A program made the translations under genes and the position numbers. 64,000 bases of DNA, taken from positions 1,670,657 through 1,734,656 of the forward strand of contig RDEW01000005.1 of assembly GCA_011109175.1 (NCBI GenBank). Direction: 5' to 3'. Source of the DNA: Dicyema japonicum (lineage: Eukaryota > Animalia > Dicyemida). Positions 25,560 to 37,700 of the stretch are shown piece by piece. The first letter of the stretch is position 1. The number at the start of each line of letters is the position of its first letter. Below the pieces are notes generated by a model. The model had not been told where the DNA came from. It did no database searches and was given only the letters and a program-made list of their open reading frames with translations.

Positions 25560-27500
25560 TGCCATGCAAATCTCCTCTCTTTAAATGCTATTATCGACCA
25601 AGTGGATTATAGAGACAGAGTTGAATGGACGTCTGAAGTTGTTTGAGCTGCTCGAGCAAGATTCGGGAGAATTACTCGTTGTGGATGGCCGTTAATCACT
25701 CGGACTTTTAATGAGAAGTTTGGTATGTCCGAATCGATTGCAAACTTGAAGAGTTTGGCCAAGTTAAAGTCGTCAAAATCCAAGCCTTTTATGAATATTG
25801 ATCCTGGGAATAATGCACACAGCACAGAAATCTTAATTTTAGAGTTTTTCCAAATGAATTTTGTGTCCAAATTAATCGAGTAAAATCCATGCCTCGTGTA
25901 TTACGGAAGCCTACCAAAAAGTCTCTCGAGATCCAACTTCTCAACAAATAAATTCTCTCGGGGATTAACTCTTCAATATATCAATTCCTACCCTCCTGCT
26001 AATTTGAATGATATTACAGATATCATTTATGCTGGGCAGTTAACATATGATGCTCTCTCTCAATCTACGAGAAAGAAGATCCAGTGGGTTGAACGCATGC
26101 AAGGAAAACTTCTGAAGTTGAATAAACAGCTCAAGCAAATTTCGGTGCTTGTCGAACAGAAGGGAACTAAGAGGTTCGATGACGATACGAGGGATACAAT
26201 GTGTAATATGGATATCGAAAGTCGAAGAAGGGTGAATTGGGAAGAATAGTTAGTTGCATTCAGGATGAGATAAAGATCGTGGAGAAAAAACTCAGAGTAC
26301 ATGAATCCCGGAAGGAATTCAGGAAAAAATTAGTGTTTCGGACTCAATCGGAGGCTTTTTTTACAGAAAGTTAAATGGAGAAACCAGGGATGTTTTAATG
26401 AAGGTGAATATCTAGCATTTTGGGAAAATATTTGCAAGGAGCATGATATCAAGGAGAACACATATCCGATGAGTAGGAGAGTTACTGGAGTAGAAGGCAT
26501 ATTTGTAGACTGCAAGAAAGAAGATATCCTTGAATTAATTAAACTCCTGCCTAATTGGAAAGCCAGTGGGTGTGATGGGGTGTACAACTTTTTTCTTAAA
26601 AGATTTACTTCAATCCATGATAAACTCTGTGAAGAGGTTGGCAAAATAATATTTGGTGATTATACCCCTGATGAGTGGTTTTCACAGGGATTACATATCT
26701 TATCCCGAGATATATGTCAATCCCCGAAAGACTTGAGGCCGATTACATGCATGACTAACTTATATAAGTTAGTGACAAAATGTGTTAACCATAAATTGTC
26801 CGACTATATTGAAGAATTCGATCTCGTGAGTGATAATCAACTGGGAACTAAAAGGATGTGTCAAGGGGCTAAAGAACAGGCAATATTTAACCAGTGTATA
26901 ACTAAACAGAATGGGAACAATTTGTCTTCGACATGGATAGATGTCAAGAAACCATTCAATTCTGTAAATCATGATTTATACAAAGTCTTGGACAACTCTA
27001 GACTCCCATAATGGATCGTGAGTTTCATTAAGAATTTGGTAACCAAATGGAAAATCAGACTCAACTTAATCAAAAAAAATTGGACAAGTTGAATTGAAGC
27101 GAGGGATCTTGCAAAGTGATTCGTTGTCACCACAAATATTTGTACTTCTGTTGGATCCTCTCAGCAGGATTTTGAATGCAAAATACCCAAAGGTGACTAT
27201 AGATTGCCATGATCGAGGATCTCTTGCATACGCCACAAATCATCTACTGTTCATAAACGACTTGAAAATATTTTTTCACAGAGGATACAATGTTGTTTAT
27301 GATGAATGAAGTTAATATGTTCTTCGAAGCTGCTGGACTTGAACCAAATGCAGAAAAATCGGCGACTAATGTTTCTGGGTTGAGCTCCCATCCAAACTGC
27401 AGGATGGAATAGAGAGGTATCGATACCTTGGTGTGTTGGAGGACAAAAATAGCATCGTCTGGAAAAACAAAATTCTAAAGACGATTTGTGATGGAGATAA
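25560..27500 (+). mobile_element. Degenerate R4/Dong-like non-LTR element
   Basis: WKASGCDGVYNFFLKRF, LRPITCMTNLYK, NQLGT, WIDVKKPFNSVNH, RGILQSDSLSP, HLLFINDLK. Confidence 0.75.
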
Positions 27501-27519
27501 AAATAGAATTGACAACTTT

Positions 27520-28000
27520 GCAGTGACAAAATTAGCTGTTCGAACTAGATATCCATCATCCGCGAATGATTCGAAAATATTTTGAACTCCGATCAGATTT
27601 TCTGAATAGTATATAGTGGCCTTAAGCCAGGTCCCCCATCTTGTCAAATGCACACGAGGTGGAATGGCGATGTTTCTGTCTTTGAATATTAGTTTTCTTA
27701 TATTGTTCTTGTTAATTGCTGCTTGTACAGTAGCTATCATCAAATCAATTTCCGGATAAGAGTCTCTTATTTTCTCACAACAATTGTGTAATAACTTGGA
27801 GCACATGTGACATAAAATAACTTGGAGTAAAGATTTTTAAGTTTTTGTTGAATTAACATTTTTTGATCCATTATGATTTGATCCACACAGCTTCTACCTT
27901 TTGATGGTGAGGAACTTGTAAAGAGCCTCCGTAGAACAATTCTCTAAGCCTCGGCATAGATAGTTTGTTTAGTGGAATATCAGATTTTATAAATGCTCTG
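27520..28000 (-). mobile_element. hAT-like transposase fragment
   Basis: CSKLLHNCCEKIR...PPRVHLTRWGTWLKATIYYSEN. Confidence 0.65.
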
Positions 28001-28144
28001 GTTACTTATAGAGCCCAGTCATCATTTTTGGAATATTAGTTAATGTGTGTTTGGTGAGATTCGGTCAGATAATCTACAAAAAATTGTTATTTCGCAAAAC
28101 TCAATGAATTTTGATGTTTTTGTGAGGCTCGATTAGAATTTACA

Positions 28145-31100
28145 AAATGATCAAATAAATAAAATAATCAGTTAATTTATCCCCAGTAAAGCATATTTTA
28201 AAACTGCCATCCATCCAAAGTGGACCCGCGCCGACATTATCGACGTTGCGTTGCCTCTCACGATTGCCAACAGAGATCAACTGGAGTAGCCACCGGGTCT
28301 CACGTGCGTCGTGGCTTTTAGTGTAGCTAAGCGTCCAAGTTTCTTTAGGAAGCGAAAGCGATTTTCCACTTATTCCTCCAGTTGTCTCGACCACTATCGG
28401 ATAAACGCGAATCGTCGCGTAGCGCTTCGTACTTCTCTCCTTTGCCATCATCGTTTTTTCCGGCGGAATACAGTGTGTCTACCGCGCTCCCGACAATGTT
28501 GGACGGGCAAGCGTGTCGACACAAGTAGCGTCCCAGACCAAAGGTTCCTCTCTTCGAATGGGAAAATTGTGATCCCGTCGGGACGTTTTCCGTCTTCCTC
28601 TGTCCAGACCAGTTCTAGTATGCTGGTATCCCGCAGACTCCAGGGCTCGCTTGACAATTCCGTTGATCGCTTGTGTCTTGGGAATCGTCCTGCACTCCTT
28701 CGACAAGAGAGGGCATGGAGTCATAAACAATCGACGGTTGCGCCACATCGGCATTTTGGGTCCGGCAAATTCTCCAGTCCAAGTCTGGTGGAGATGCCGA
28801 TGCGGGACATGTATCGTCGTCAAAGATGGGTCCCGACACTGCCAACTGGGAGTGCATTGATCCATGCGCCACTCGATTCGCATCTTCCAGTGACTAGACA
28901 TGCACGTCTGTGTTGGTTTGATTGGTTCAGAAGCCTCTCATATTTATCCTCGCAGATGGTCCTGTAACGATCTTTCTGCTCAGGCATCATCCCCTTCAAA
29001 TGCTCCATCTCTGTGATTTCAGATGATTCTGTTTGGAGTTGGAGAATCATCCTGACCAGCAGTCGGCTGGAGCCCAAAGAGGATAGATAAGCAGGGCAAG
29101 CCAGATCTTTCGTTGAAGGGATTCCCAGTCCGCCCAGGCTAACGGGTAGGGTCGCTTGGTCCCACCCTTGGTCGTCAAATTTCACATTTGTGATACGTTC
29201 AATAGTACTCCGGAAGAGGGAATCGATAGCATCGAGCTGTTGCATTTTCAAGTAGCAGGGTGCCCCCGAAGAACGTAGTTCAGTTTCTGTGCTGATAAGG
29301 CGTTTCTCAGAGGAATAGGGAGGTGTGTGCGTCCAGCATCTCCAGACGTCTGAATGTTGTTTTTAGTTGATGTTCTTTTGTTCTTAGAGTGTTACTGATT
29401 CCAGCATCAGTAAGAGGGCATCCAAGTATTTCCAGTTCTTCTGATTTGGTTTCTGTGGCTTTCGGAATGATCTCTCTGAACATACCAAGGATCAGATCCC
29501 ATTCAGACTGTGGAAATCCAAAATTGGTTACTTCACACTTATTGGTGTTTAGAGTTAGGCATAGGGATTCCAATTGTACTATCAGACTTTTCAAACAATC
29601 TAGTACATCCTTCGGATGGCCGCCCATGGTGCAATCATCCAAATACCATACTCTCAGAGGAGTGGAGCAGTATCCTGTGATACGGGCAATTCCCAGGCTG
29701 AACAAGGCGGGCCCCAGTGGGTCTCCTTGTTGGACTCCAGAAGACGATGGAATGTAATATTGGCCATGTACCAGACTGGATGGTTTTCCGTACGAACTAT
29801 GAATATAGCTGTACACTGATGGGTAGTATGTGAAGCAATCCTCCAGAATTGTATCACGTCGTATCGAGTTGAAGGCATTTTTAATGTCAATTTTGACGAT
29901 TACGTGAGGAATGTTCACGTTCTTTTCGGTGAATGTTCGGACAGCATGAACTGCCGCTTCACAACCCCCCGGTGTGCCGACCCCTATTTGGGTTGGTTGC
30001 AGCTGTGTTATCAGCGTAGGTAGGATTGCTCTGCATACAAGCTTTGATGCCAACCGACGGAAGACCATTCCGACTGCAATAGGGCGTATTCCACCTCCCT
30101 TCTTGTCGAATGCGATTAACTTTGCGGAAAACATTACGTGTCGAATTGTTTCTGGTAGTGTCCCTGATAGCATCCTGTTCATTAGTTTGGTGATAGCCAA
30201 CACGAGCCGGACCCCAGAGTTGCCCGTGTTATGAGCAATGAGATCTTTGATGTGACCCGGACGGAGCCCATCTAGTCCTCCACTGCTACTCGGGACGAAA
30301 GAGAGGATACCATCTTTTACGTCCTCTTCAGAGACAAGCAGATTGGGTAATTGTCCTGGGCAAGGGGGAACCCGGTGGTCGTTGGGAAGACTTGGGTGTC
30401 GCTCAACAAGTGATGCGTAGGACTGTTCGGACGGCTCAATTATACATTGTTGATCTGCAAGGATCCTCACCGCAGCACGGATACCACCTTCCGAAAGTTT
30501 TCGACGGATCGCGCTTCTTAATCTCTGAGTGTCCGAGATAGTCGATGTTGGCTTCTCATGGTTTTAAAATTTGTAGGTGAGCTTTTCTTAGTCTGCCAAT
30601 AGGTTCTTTGAGAAGAATGTGTGGACATTCTCCTTTACTAATGACGTAAGTGATTTCTCTTCTTTCCCCCTCCTATGGGGTATGCATAGTGTGAATGGAG
30701 CAAAGCAAAATAATCGTACCCAATCATCAGAGTCGTCCGAAGAAACTGCCCTTTCAATACACTCACATAGGCAGTCCGCGACAGATATACGGGCAGCTTT
30801 GGGGATCCTAATCAGGAGTCTTCGTGTGTGTGTCAGGTTGGAGATCAATTCAAGTATTTCCTGATGGTCTAGTGGAACATGTTCAGAAGGGTAGCGTAGG
30901 GAAGAGTTTGTCGTATTATCTGGTAGGAGACAAGATCGACAGTGCCAATCGGAAATGGCAGCCAGGGCTCTTTTAGTCATTCCGGCACAGGACATGTGGA
31001 AGCCATACGAACATGCTGTGCAATGGATCATCCGCTTTCTTTTGTTCATTATGTTGCACTTTGTGCAGATCTCATCTTCTTTTACAGTTTTCTGCATGTT

Positions 31101-31260
31101 CTTTTCTGATTTTCCTTTCTTATCTCTTCTTTTAGCAACACAACGAGAACAGACGACACAACGTGTTAAATTCCAGAAAAATACAAAATGCTTTTTCTCG
31201 CATTTTATATTACACAGAGTCGACAATATAGCGCTCCATCATCAAGAATCATAAATTCTT
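28145..31260 (-). mobile_element. Near full-length CRE-like retrotransposon: PHD, RT, RLE
   Basis: C4HC3 PHD finger; GGIRPIAVG, KIDIKNAFNS, GVQQGDPLGP, WYLDD; KRPDGIT, LVWDATCVDT; several frameshifts; (ttta)n-like tail. Confidence 0.9.
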
Positions 31261-31399
31261 TAGGATAATCCTTAACAATGGCCTTAGCTTTAATTTGGTA
31301 CGATTTTGCTATCTTAGGCATGTCAACCAAAAATTTTAGTGGCAAAATGTATTATTAATTTAAAAAATTAATAAATTAAATCAAAAATTATAAGGTTCG

Positions 31400-31800
31400 A
31401 TTGTATTCGAGAGGACATTCCAATGTCTGCCTTTCAACATGGGTTCAGAGCAAACCATTCAAATTCAACTCACTTGACGACCCTATCTAAATGAATTCTT
31501 TCTGAAGGATTCAAAGCGTCGAAGCAAAATTTAAGGACTGTTCTTGTTTTTCTGGACATTGCCAAAGCATTTGATTCAGTCTCAAAAGTCCCTAACGAAA
31601 AGGACATTTGAGACGGATATCCACCCTAACCTGAAAAGATAGCTCTAACTATCTGAGCGGTAGGCGTGGACAGGTAATCTGCAACAACGTGAAATCGAAG
31701 ACACGCTTTCTCTCAAATGGGATTCCCCAAGGTTCTCCACTGTCATAAACACTATTAAACTTATATATACACGACATGCTGCAGCCAATAGGCGATAACT
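31400..31800 (+). mobile_element. LINE RT fragment
   Basis: FQHGFR, FLDIAKAFD, GIPQGSPL. Confidence 0.7.
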
Positions 31801-31849
31801 GTCTCTTACTACCCCATGCAGACAACAGGGACAGGAACTATGAGAAACC

Positions 31850-32640
31850 ACTGAGTCTCAAATGCGTCGTGGCTTTTAAGTGTAGCCAGACGTCCCAGCT
31901 TTTTAAGGAGCTGAAGTTGTCTCAACTACGATGGGCCGAAACGTGAACCGGTCTAATAGCACCAAGTATTTTTTTCCTTGGACTTCATAGCATTTTCCGC
32001 GAAATATAACGTGTCTACCACGCTCCCAATAATGTTGGAGGGACAACGGGGGTCAATACACCAGGCATTCATACCAATGGCTTTCCCTTCTTCGAACAGA
32101 AAGATCGCAATTCCGTCCAACCGTTTTTCGTCTCCTCTGTTAGGTCGACTGGTTCAAGTATGGAGGGGTATTCAGCAAACTCCAGAACTCGCTTCACAAT
32201 TCGTTTATTGCCTTATGTCCTGAGAAATTTCCTGCGTTTTTTCAGAAAAAAGGCATGATAAACATAAAATCGACGGTACCATCGCACCTGGACTTGTGAG
32301 TATGGCAAATCTCCAGTCCAAGTCTGATAGAGATACTGGTGCGGACAGAATCTTCATCAAGGTAGGTCCAGGCACTTCCAATCGGGAAGGCATTGGTCCA
32401 AGCGTCACTGCAATCGCATCTACCAGTGACCAGACATGTAGTTTGATAGATTCAGAAGTTTCTCATATTTATTTACCCAAATGGACCTGTAAAGGTTTCT
32501 CTGCTCAGGTGATCTGACTTCCAGGTGCTCCATATCTCTCACGATTATGTTGGAAGTTGAGGAATCATCTTGATCAACAGCTGACTGGAGTTTAATGAAA
32601 ATAGATATGCTTCTCAATGGCAGATATGGAGGACGTGATG
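31850..32640 (-). mobile_element. CRE-like 3' fragment (divergent subfamily)
   Basis: Sequence-similar to 28300-29050, including the WTNALPIGSAWT and KRLDGIA segments. Confidence 0.7.
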
Positions 32641-33169
32641 TTTAGAAAGGATTTTTTCACTCTCAAACCTTTTACATGTACATTTTGGGTTATTATTAGT
32701 TTCGATTACAAACTTTTTGAGTTATGTGACGAAAATTTTTGAGGATTTAAACATTCAAAATATTTGAACGTAAAAAATCAAAAAACGGGACGATTGATAA
32801 TGTCTGCTTAATTCCTTGACGAAACCAAACGGAAAAACACATCAATCAGGAAATTTTTTGAATTGATCGATCATTTAAATATTTAAACGATTTTTAATCA
32901 AAGAATGGAATTTTAGTTAAGTTGGTTGGATTGCTAATCTGACAATTTTCTGACTATTACATTATGCTCTCTGCTACATGATATATGGTAAATATGTCGA
33001 GTCGATTAGGAGTGATCTATGATAACGGGGTCATAAAAGAATATTTTGTCCCCCATTAACTTAATGGCTTACATATTGAAGAATTCTTTACTGTTCGCCT
33101 TTTCGAAGTCATTTAAATTAAAATTTATTGAACCAGAAAACCAACGTCATAGCTATATAATGAATAAAA

Positions 33170-33455
33170 TCAGGTTATCCCGCCTCCCTCAGCAGTCTTT
33201 GAATGCTCTAACTTGGTGGAAGTGCCGTACAGGGGGAACTCTTCTGGATGGTTGTGAAACTAGTACTTTTTGGATATAATTTAGGTATTATATCTGTCGC
33301 CCACCAGAGATGGTGAACCACATGACGCTCGTTACAATTCCAAGCTCCCTGGAGCCAAAGAGTAGATGAGGAACAGAAGAAACAATCAAAAAATTTTCAA
33401 TTCAAGTAGGAGGAACAGAACACCGCACTAACGTTTGCGCCACATGGCATAGTTT
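33170..33455 (-). mobile_element. 5' leader remnant of the LINE family with an HDV-like fold
   Basis: Shares gccatgtggYgc, ctgttcctc and tcatgtg..cacc..ggtgg with 62118-62260. Confidence 0.6.
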
Positions 33456-33542
33456 CCCAATTCGATTCATACAAATTGACTGAGATTTATGGGAATAAAT
33501 ATATTTAACCTAATTAGAAGAATATTTATTTTATCTATAAGT

Positions 33543-34522
33543 ATGTCGACGAAAATGTCTTTATTTATTAACCACAGATACCACAAAGATAGTTATTGTT
33601 GAATTAAGTGACCCCAGTCTCCATGCAAAGGTTTCTACTAGGACTTTTATCGGAATTCTGTATTAATCTCCATAAATGACATGGGTTCTTCTTATATCTT
33701 GAGGAGAATTCCAGATATAATGTGACTTAGGGTTCAAAGAGATGCTATGGAGACTGCCTTTTAAAGAAATCCTGCTGCCAGATGATCATAATCGATACGA
33801 CGTTAAGCATTTTCAGTAACAACGTGTAGGTTCTGTCTCGGGGGTCGCAATAAGATTCTGAGCATTATCATTTTTAATTTGCTCTTAGCCAACAGCGATA
33901 ACGAGACAATCTATTCCTAATTGTTTTCCTAAAAGTTCTAACGAAGGATGGAAGACACATGAGAACGCAAAAAACCTTTTTTAGATTCTCAATGCTATCA
34001 GATTCACGCGTGAATGACGCATACTAATCGGTGGTAACATTGAGAATGGAAGAGATCTATTTAGTTTGGATCGCGGAGTTATTTGCTATCTTAGTTTCTC
34101 TGGGCTGAACAATTAACATGGTTACATATGATTTCGATGAGGCTAGAGACGGTTGACCTTAATAATTCTGTTGAAGGAATTAAAACCGATTATAGGCATT
34201 TATCCCAATACCTCTAAAAGGAAGTGTAAACATATCGTCCCCCAATGATCCCAATTCATTTTTGAACTCGCTTCTTGCAGGGATTTGTGCTGAGCTACTT
34301 TGCGAAAAGACCGGATTTGAAAACTGCAATAGTGAAATCAGCATGTCTAAAAAGCGGGGATATTATTATTGTCGTATTCTTTTGGCTGAATCTTTTAAAG
34401 TACTAAAAAAAGACTTCGAATTGGTAGAAAATCTATTAAACAAAATGCGGCCATTTGTGGTGAAATTCCAATGTCAGAATATAATTGGAATAGAAATAAT
34501 GGCTGACAACCAATTAAATTAA
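33543..34522 (+). CDS. Probable multi-exon gene, product unidentified
   Basis: Terminal 86-aa ORF at 34262-34522 plus upstream protein-like segments (MLWRLPFKEILLPDDHNRYD). Confidence 0.35.
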
Positions 34523-34722
34523 GCGGTTTAATACAAGATCCAATTAAAAATGATCAATAAGAGAATTTCATCTTCTCATTAAGCTAATTAAGTATTCAAA
34601 AATATTGAATTCATTTCGATTAGTAATTAAAATATTTTATTTAATATAATTATTCAATTAATATATAATATTTATTAAATAATCGAATAAAATAGGTGAA
34701 ATAATAATCACTTTGGTTAGTT

Positions 34723-37700
34723 ATGGCCGCTCAACCTATAAACTGCACACAAGTGTTAAATGTATATAACCCTCCTAAAATGTAGCTACAAGCCTTGGGG
34801 ATTGCAGCAGAAAGCATCACCTTTTCCGCTATTACTTTTGAAGGCGATAATTGCATCTGCGTCCGAGAGAAAACTGGGGACTCCTACAAGATTGCCATTG
34901 TGAGTTTGGACGAGTCACAAAAAGTTATGAGAATGACGATAAATGCCAACTCAGCCATTATGAACCCTAAAGTGAAAATTTTGGGACTCAAAAGTAATAT
35001 TCCCTTACCTATTATAGACGGAAAATCTCTACAGCTGTTTCATCTTGAGGAAAAAACCCGTTTGAAAGCACACGAATTGAACGCTGAGGCTACTCTATGG
35101 AAATGGTTGTCCCCCGATGTAATTGGAATTGTCACTCAGACTGCTACTTTTGGCTGGTCCATAAACGGTACTTTACTAACCGCGGATTAACGCTTAAATA
35201 CATACTAAACATTTACTGATTCTTAGATGACGGACCTCCAAATAAGTTGTTTGACCGCCACGAGATGCTATCTAACTTCCAGATTATCAGCTTTAAGGCC
35301 GATTCTGAACTAAAATGGCTGATTCTTACTGGAATATCCGGCAAAAGCTCCAACAGAATCGCTGGAACTCTTCAGTTGTATTCAGTGGATAAGAATGTAT
35401 CTCAAGTTCTCGAAGGCCATGCCGCCACTTTCTTCATGTTTCAGCTTTCCACGGCCTCGAAACCCTCACTTTTTTTATCATTCGCCTCCGTGGGGCCCAG
35501 ACCAATAAGGTAGTGGAATTTGACATGTTTTAGTTTTACATAATCGAATTGTCGTCGGGGCAGAAGACCAACCTGTTTAAGAAGCAGTCCGAACCGAACT
35601 TTAGCAATCTGAACAATGACGACATCCCAATTTCTATGCAGGTTGTTGAAAATGTAAGTAAAGGCCGACGAACGCCTTGGACTTGTCTTTTTTATGACGA
35701 AATATGGGTTTTTGTTCATCCTAGAAGTCGAATCTGCCCAAACCATATTCCAAAGCCGCATCATCGAAGAACCAATTTTTACTACTTGCCCGCAGTCATC
35801 AACAAATGGTTTCCTCGGAATTAGCACAAGCGGTCGAGTACTCAGCATTAGCGCCAATGATGCAGGAATCATGCAATATGTCCGCAAAAACGTAAATAGT
35901 CCGGAAATAATAATGTCACTGGCCTCTAAAATAAATACTGCAGGAGTTGCAGATGATTTGTTTCTTCAAAGGTTCAACCAAATGATCGCTGAAGGAAAGT
36001 TCAACGATGCTGTCGTGTTGGCCGTTAAAGCCCCGGGGCAAATGTTACGGAGCCCCCAAACCATTCAGATGTTTCAGAGTATTCCCCTCGTTCCCGGTCA
36101 GCATTCTCCTCTTTTGAAATATTTCACACATATCTTGGAAGTGGATAAACTTAATAAATACGAGTCCCTCGAACTTTGTCGACTTGTTTTACAACAAAAT
36201 AAGAGCAATTTGATAGAAAAGTGGCTGCAGGAAGATAAACTTGACTGTAGTGAAGAGTTGGGAGATCTTGTGCGCCCATATGTTTCAAAACTTGCTCTTT
36301 CTATATATCTTCGATCGAATACTCCAAGCAAAGTTGTCGAGCTATTTGCAGAGAATGATCAATTTCAGAATATAGTCCCTTATTCCCAAAAGGTTGGATT
36401 CACTGTAGATTATGTTTCCCTTGTGAGAAACCTAATGAGGGCAAATCCAGATAAGGCAACCCACTTTGCTCTTACCTTGGTACAAGGAGAGGACCAAATA
36501 GTTGATATTGATGCTGTATTACTTCCAAATAACGTCTAGTTAGTCCAAGTATTCATGGAGGGACAGAATCTGCCTCATTTGACTAGATTCCTGTTGGAGG
36601 CACTCAAGAACAACCGGCCAGAGGAAGCTCACCTTCAAAACAAGCTGTTACAACTTAACCTGATGAATGCTCCTCAAGTCGCTGATGCCATTTTAGGAAA
36701 CAAAATTTTTACACACTACGATAAACAAAATGTTGCCAGGATGTGTGAAAGGGCTGGACTGTATCAGAGAGCATTGGAGAACTATACTGATATTTATGAC
36801 ATTAAAAGAGCTCTCATGCACACTCAGGCTTTCTCTCCTGACTTTATTGTAGAGTATTTTGCCAATCTCTCAGTAAAGGACGCCATGGAATGTCTCCATA
36901 CTATGCTACAGACAAATATTAGACAAAACCTTCAGATTGTTGTCGATATTGCTTGCAAATACCACGAATTTCTTGGAGTGAACAGTCTAATAACCATGTT
37001 TGAGAGATTCAAGTCACCAGAAGGAATGTTTCTGTTTGGAAGAATGATTATAAACACGTCTGAGGATGCAGATGTGCACTTAAAATATATTAAGGCTGCA
37101 TGTCGCGTTGGACAGCTTACAGAGGTCGAAAGAATTTGCAGAGAATCTAATTTTTACGAACCAGAGCATGTAAAGAACTTTCTTAAGGAATACCGACTTG
37201 CTGATCTTTTACCTCTTGTGATTGTGTGTGATAGGCATAATGATATTGATGACCTCGTTCCATATCTTTACAGGAATTCTGAATATAAATATATTGAAAT
37301 TCTTGTTCAAAAGATCAACCCAAAGACTCTGCCATCCGTTGTGGGGTCACTAATTCGACTTGATTGTCCAGAGAATGTCATAAAACAGTTGATAATGTCA
37401 GCTCCTCTTGAATATTCTCCAGAAGAATTACTTTCTGAGGTTGAGAAACATAATCGTCCAAAATTGGTTGTCCAAATGTTGGAAAGAGCTCTTCAAAACG
37501 GATCCACGGACATTGAGGTCACTTTGCTTTTTGGTAAGTTCCACTTTGCTTTTGGTAAGTACCACTTTGCTTTTGGTAAGACCACTTTGCTTTTGGTAAG
37601 ACCCACTTTGCTTTTGGTAAGACCCACTTTGGCTTTTGGTAAGACCCACTTTAAACCTGAACATAGTGCCTTGGCTAAGATATACATCGATAACAATATG

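Noticed and set aside
28311-28967. 218-aa plus-strand ORF and similar ORFs (4044-4343, 24331-24729, 29389-29757)
   Set aside because: Antisense shadows of retrotransposon coding sequence with no recognisable motifs
30560-30600. Programmed frameshift between the PHD and RT ORFs
   Set aside because: Similar 1-nt indels occur throughout the window, including in ITPK1, so error or decay is more likely
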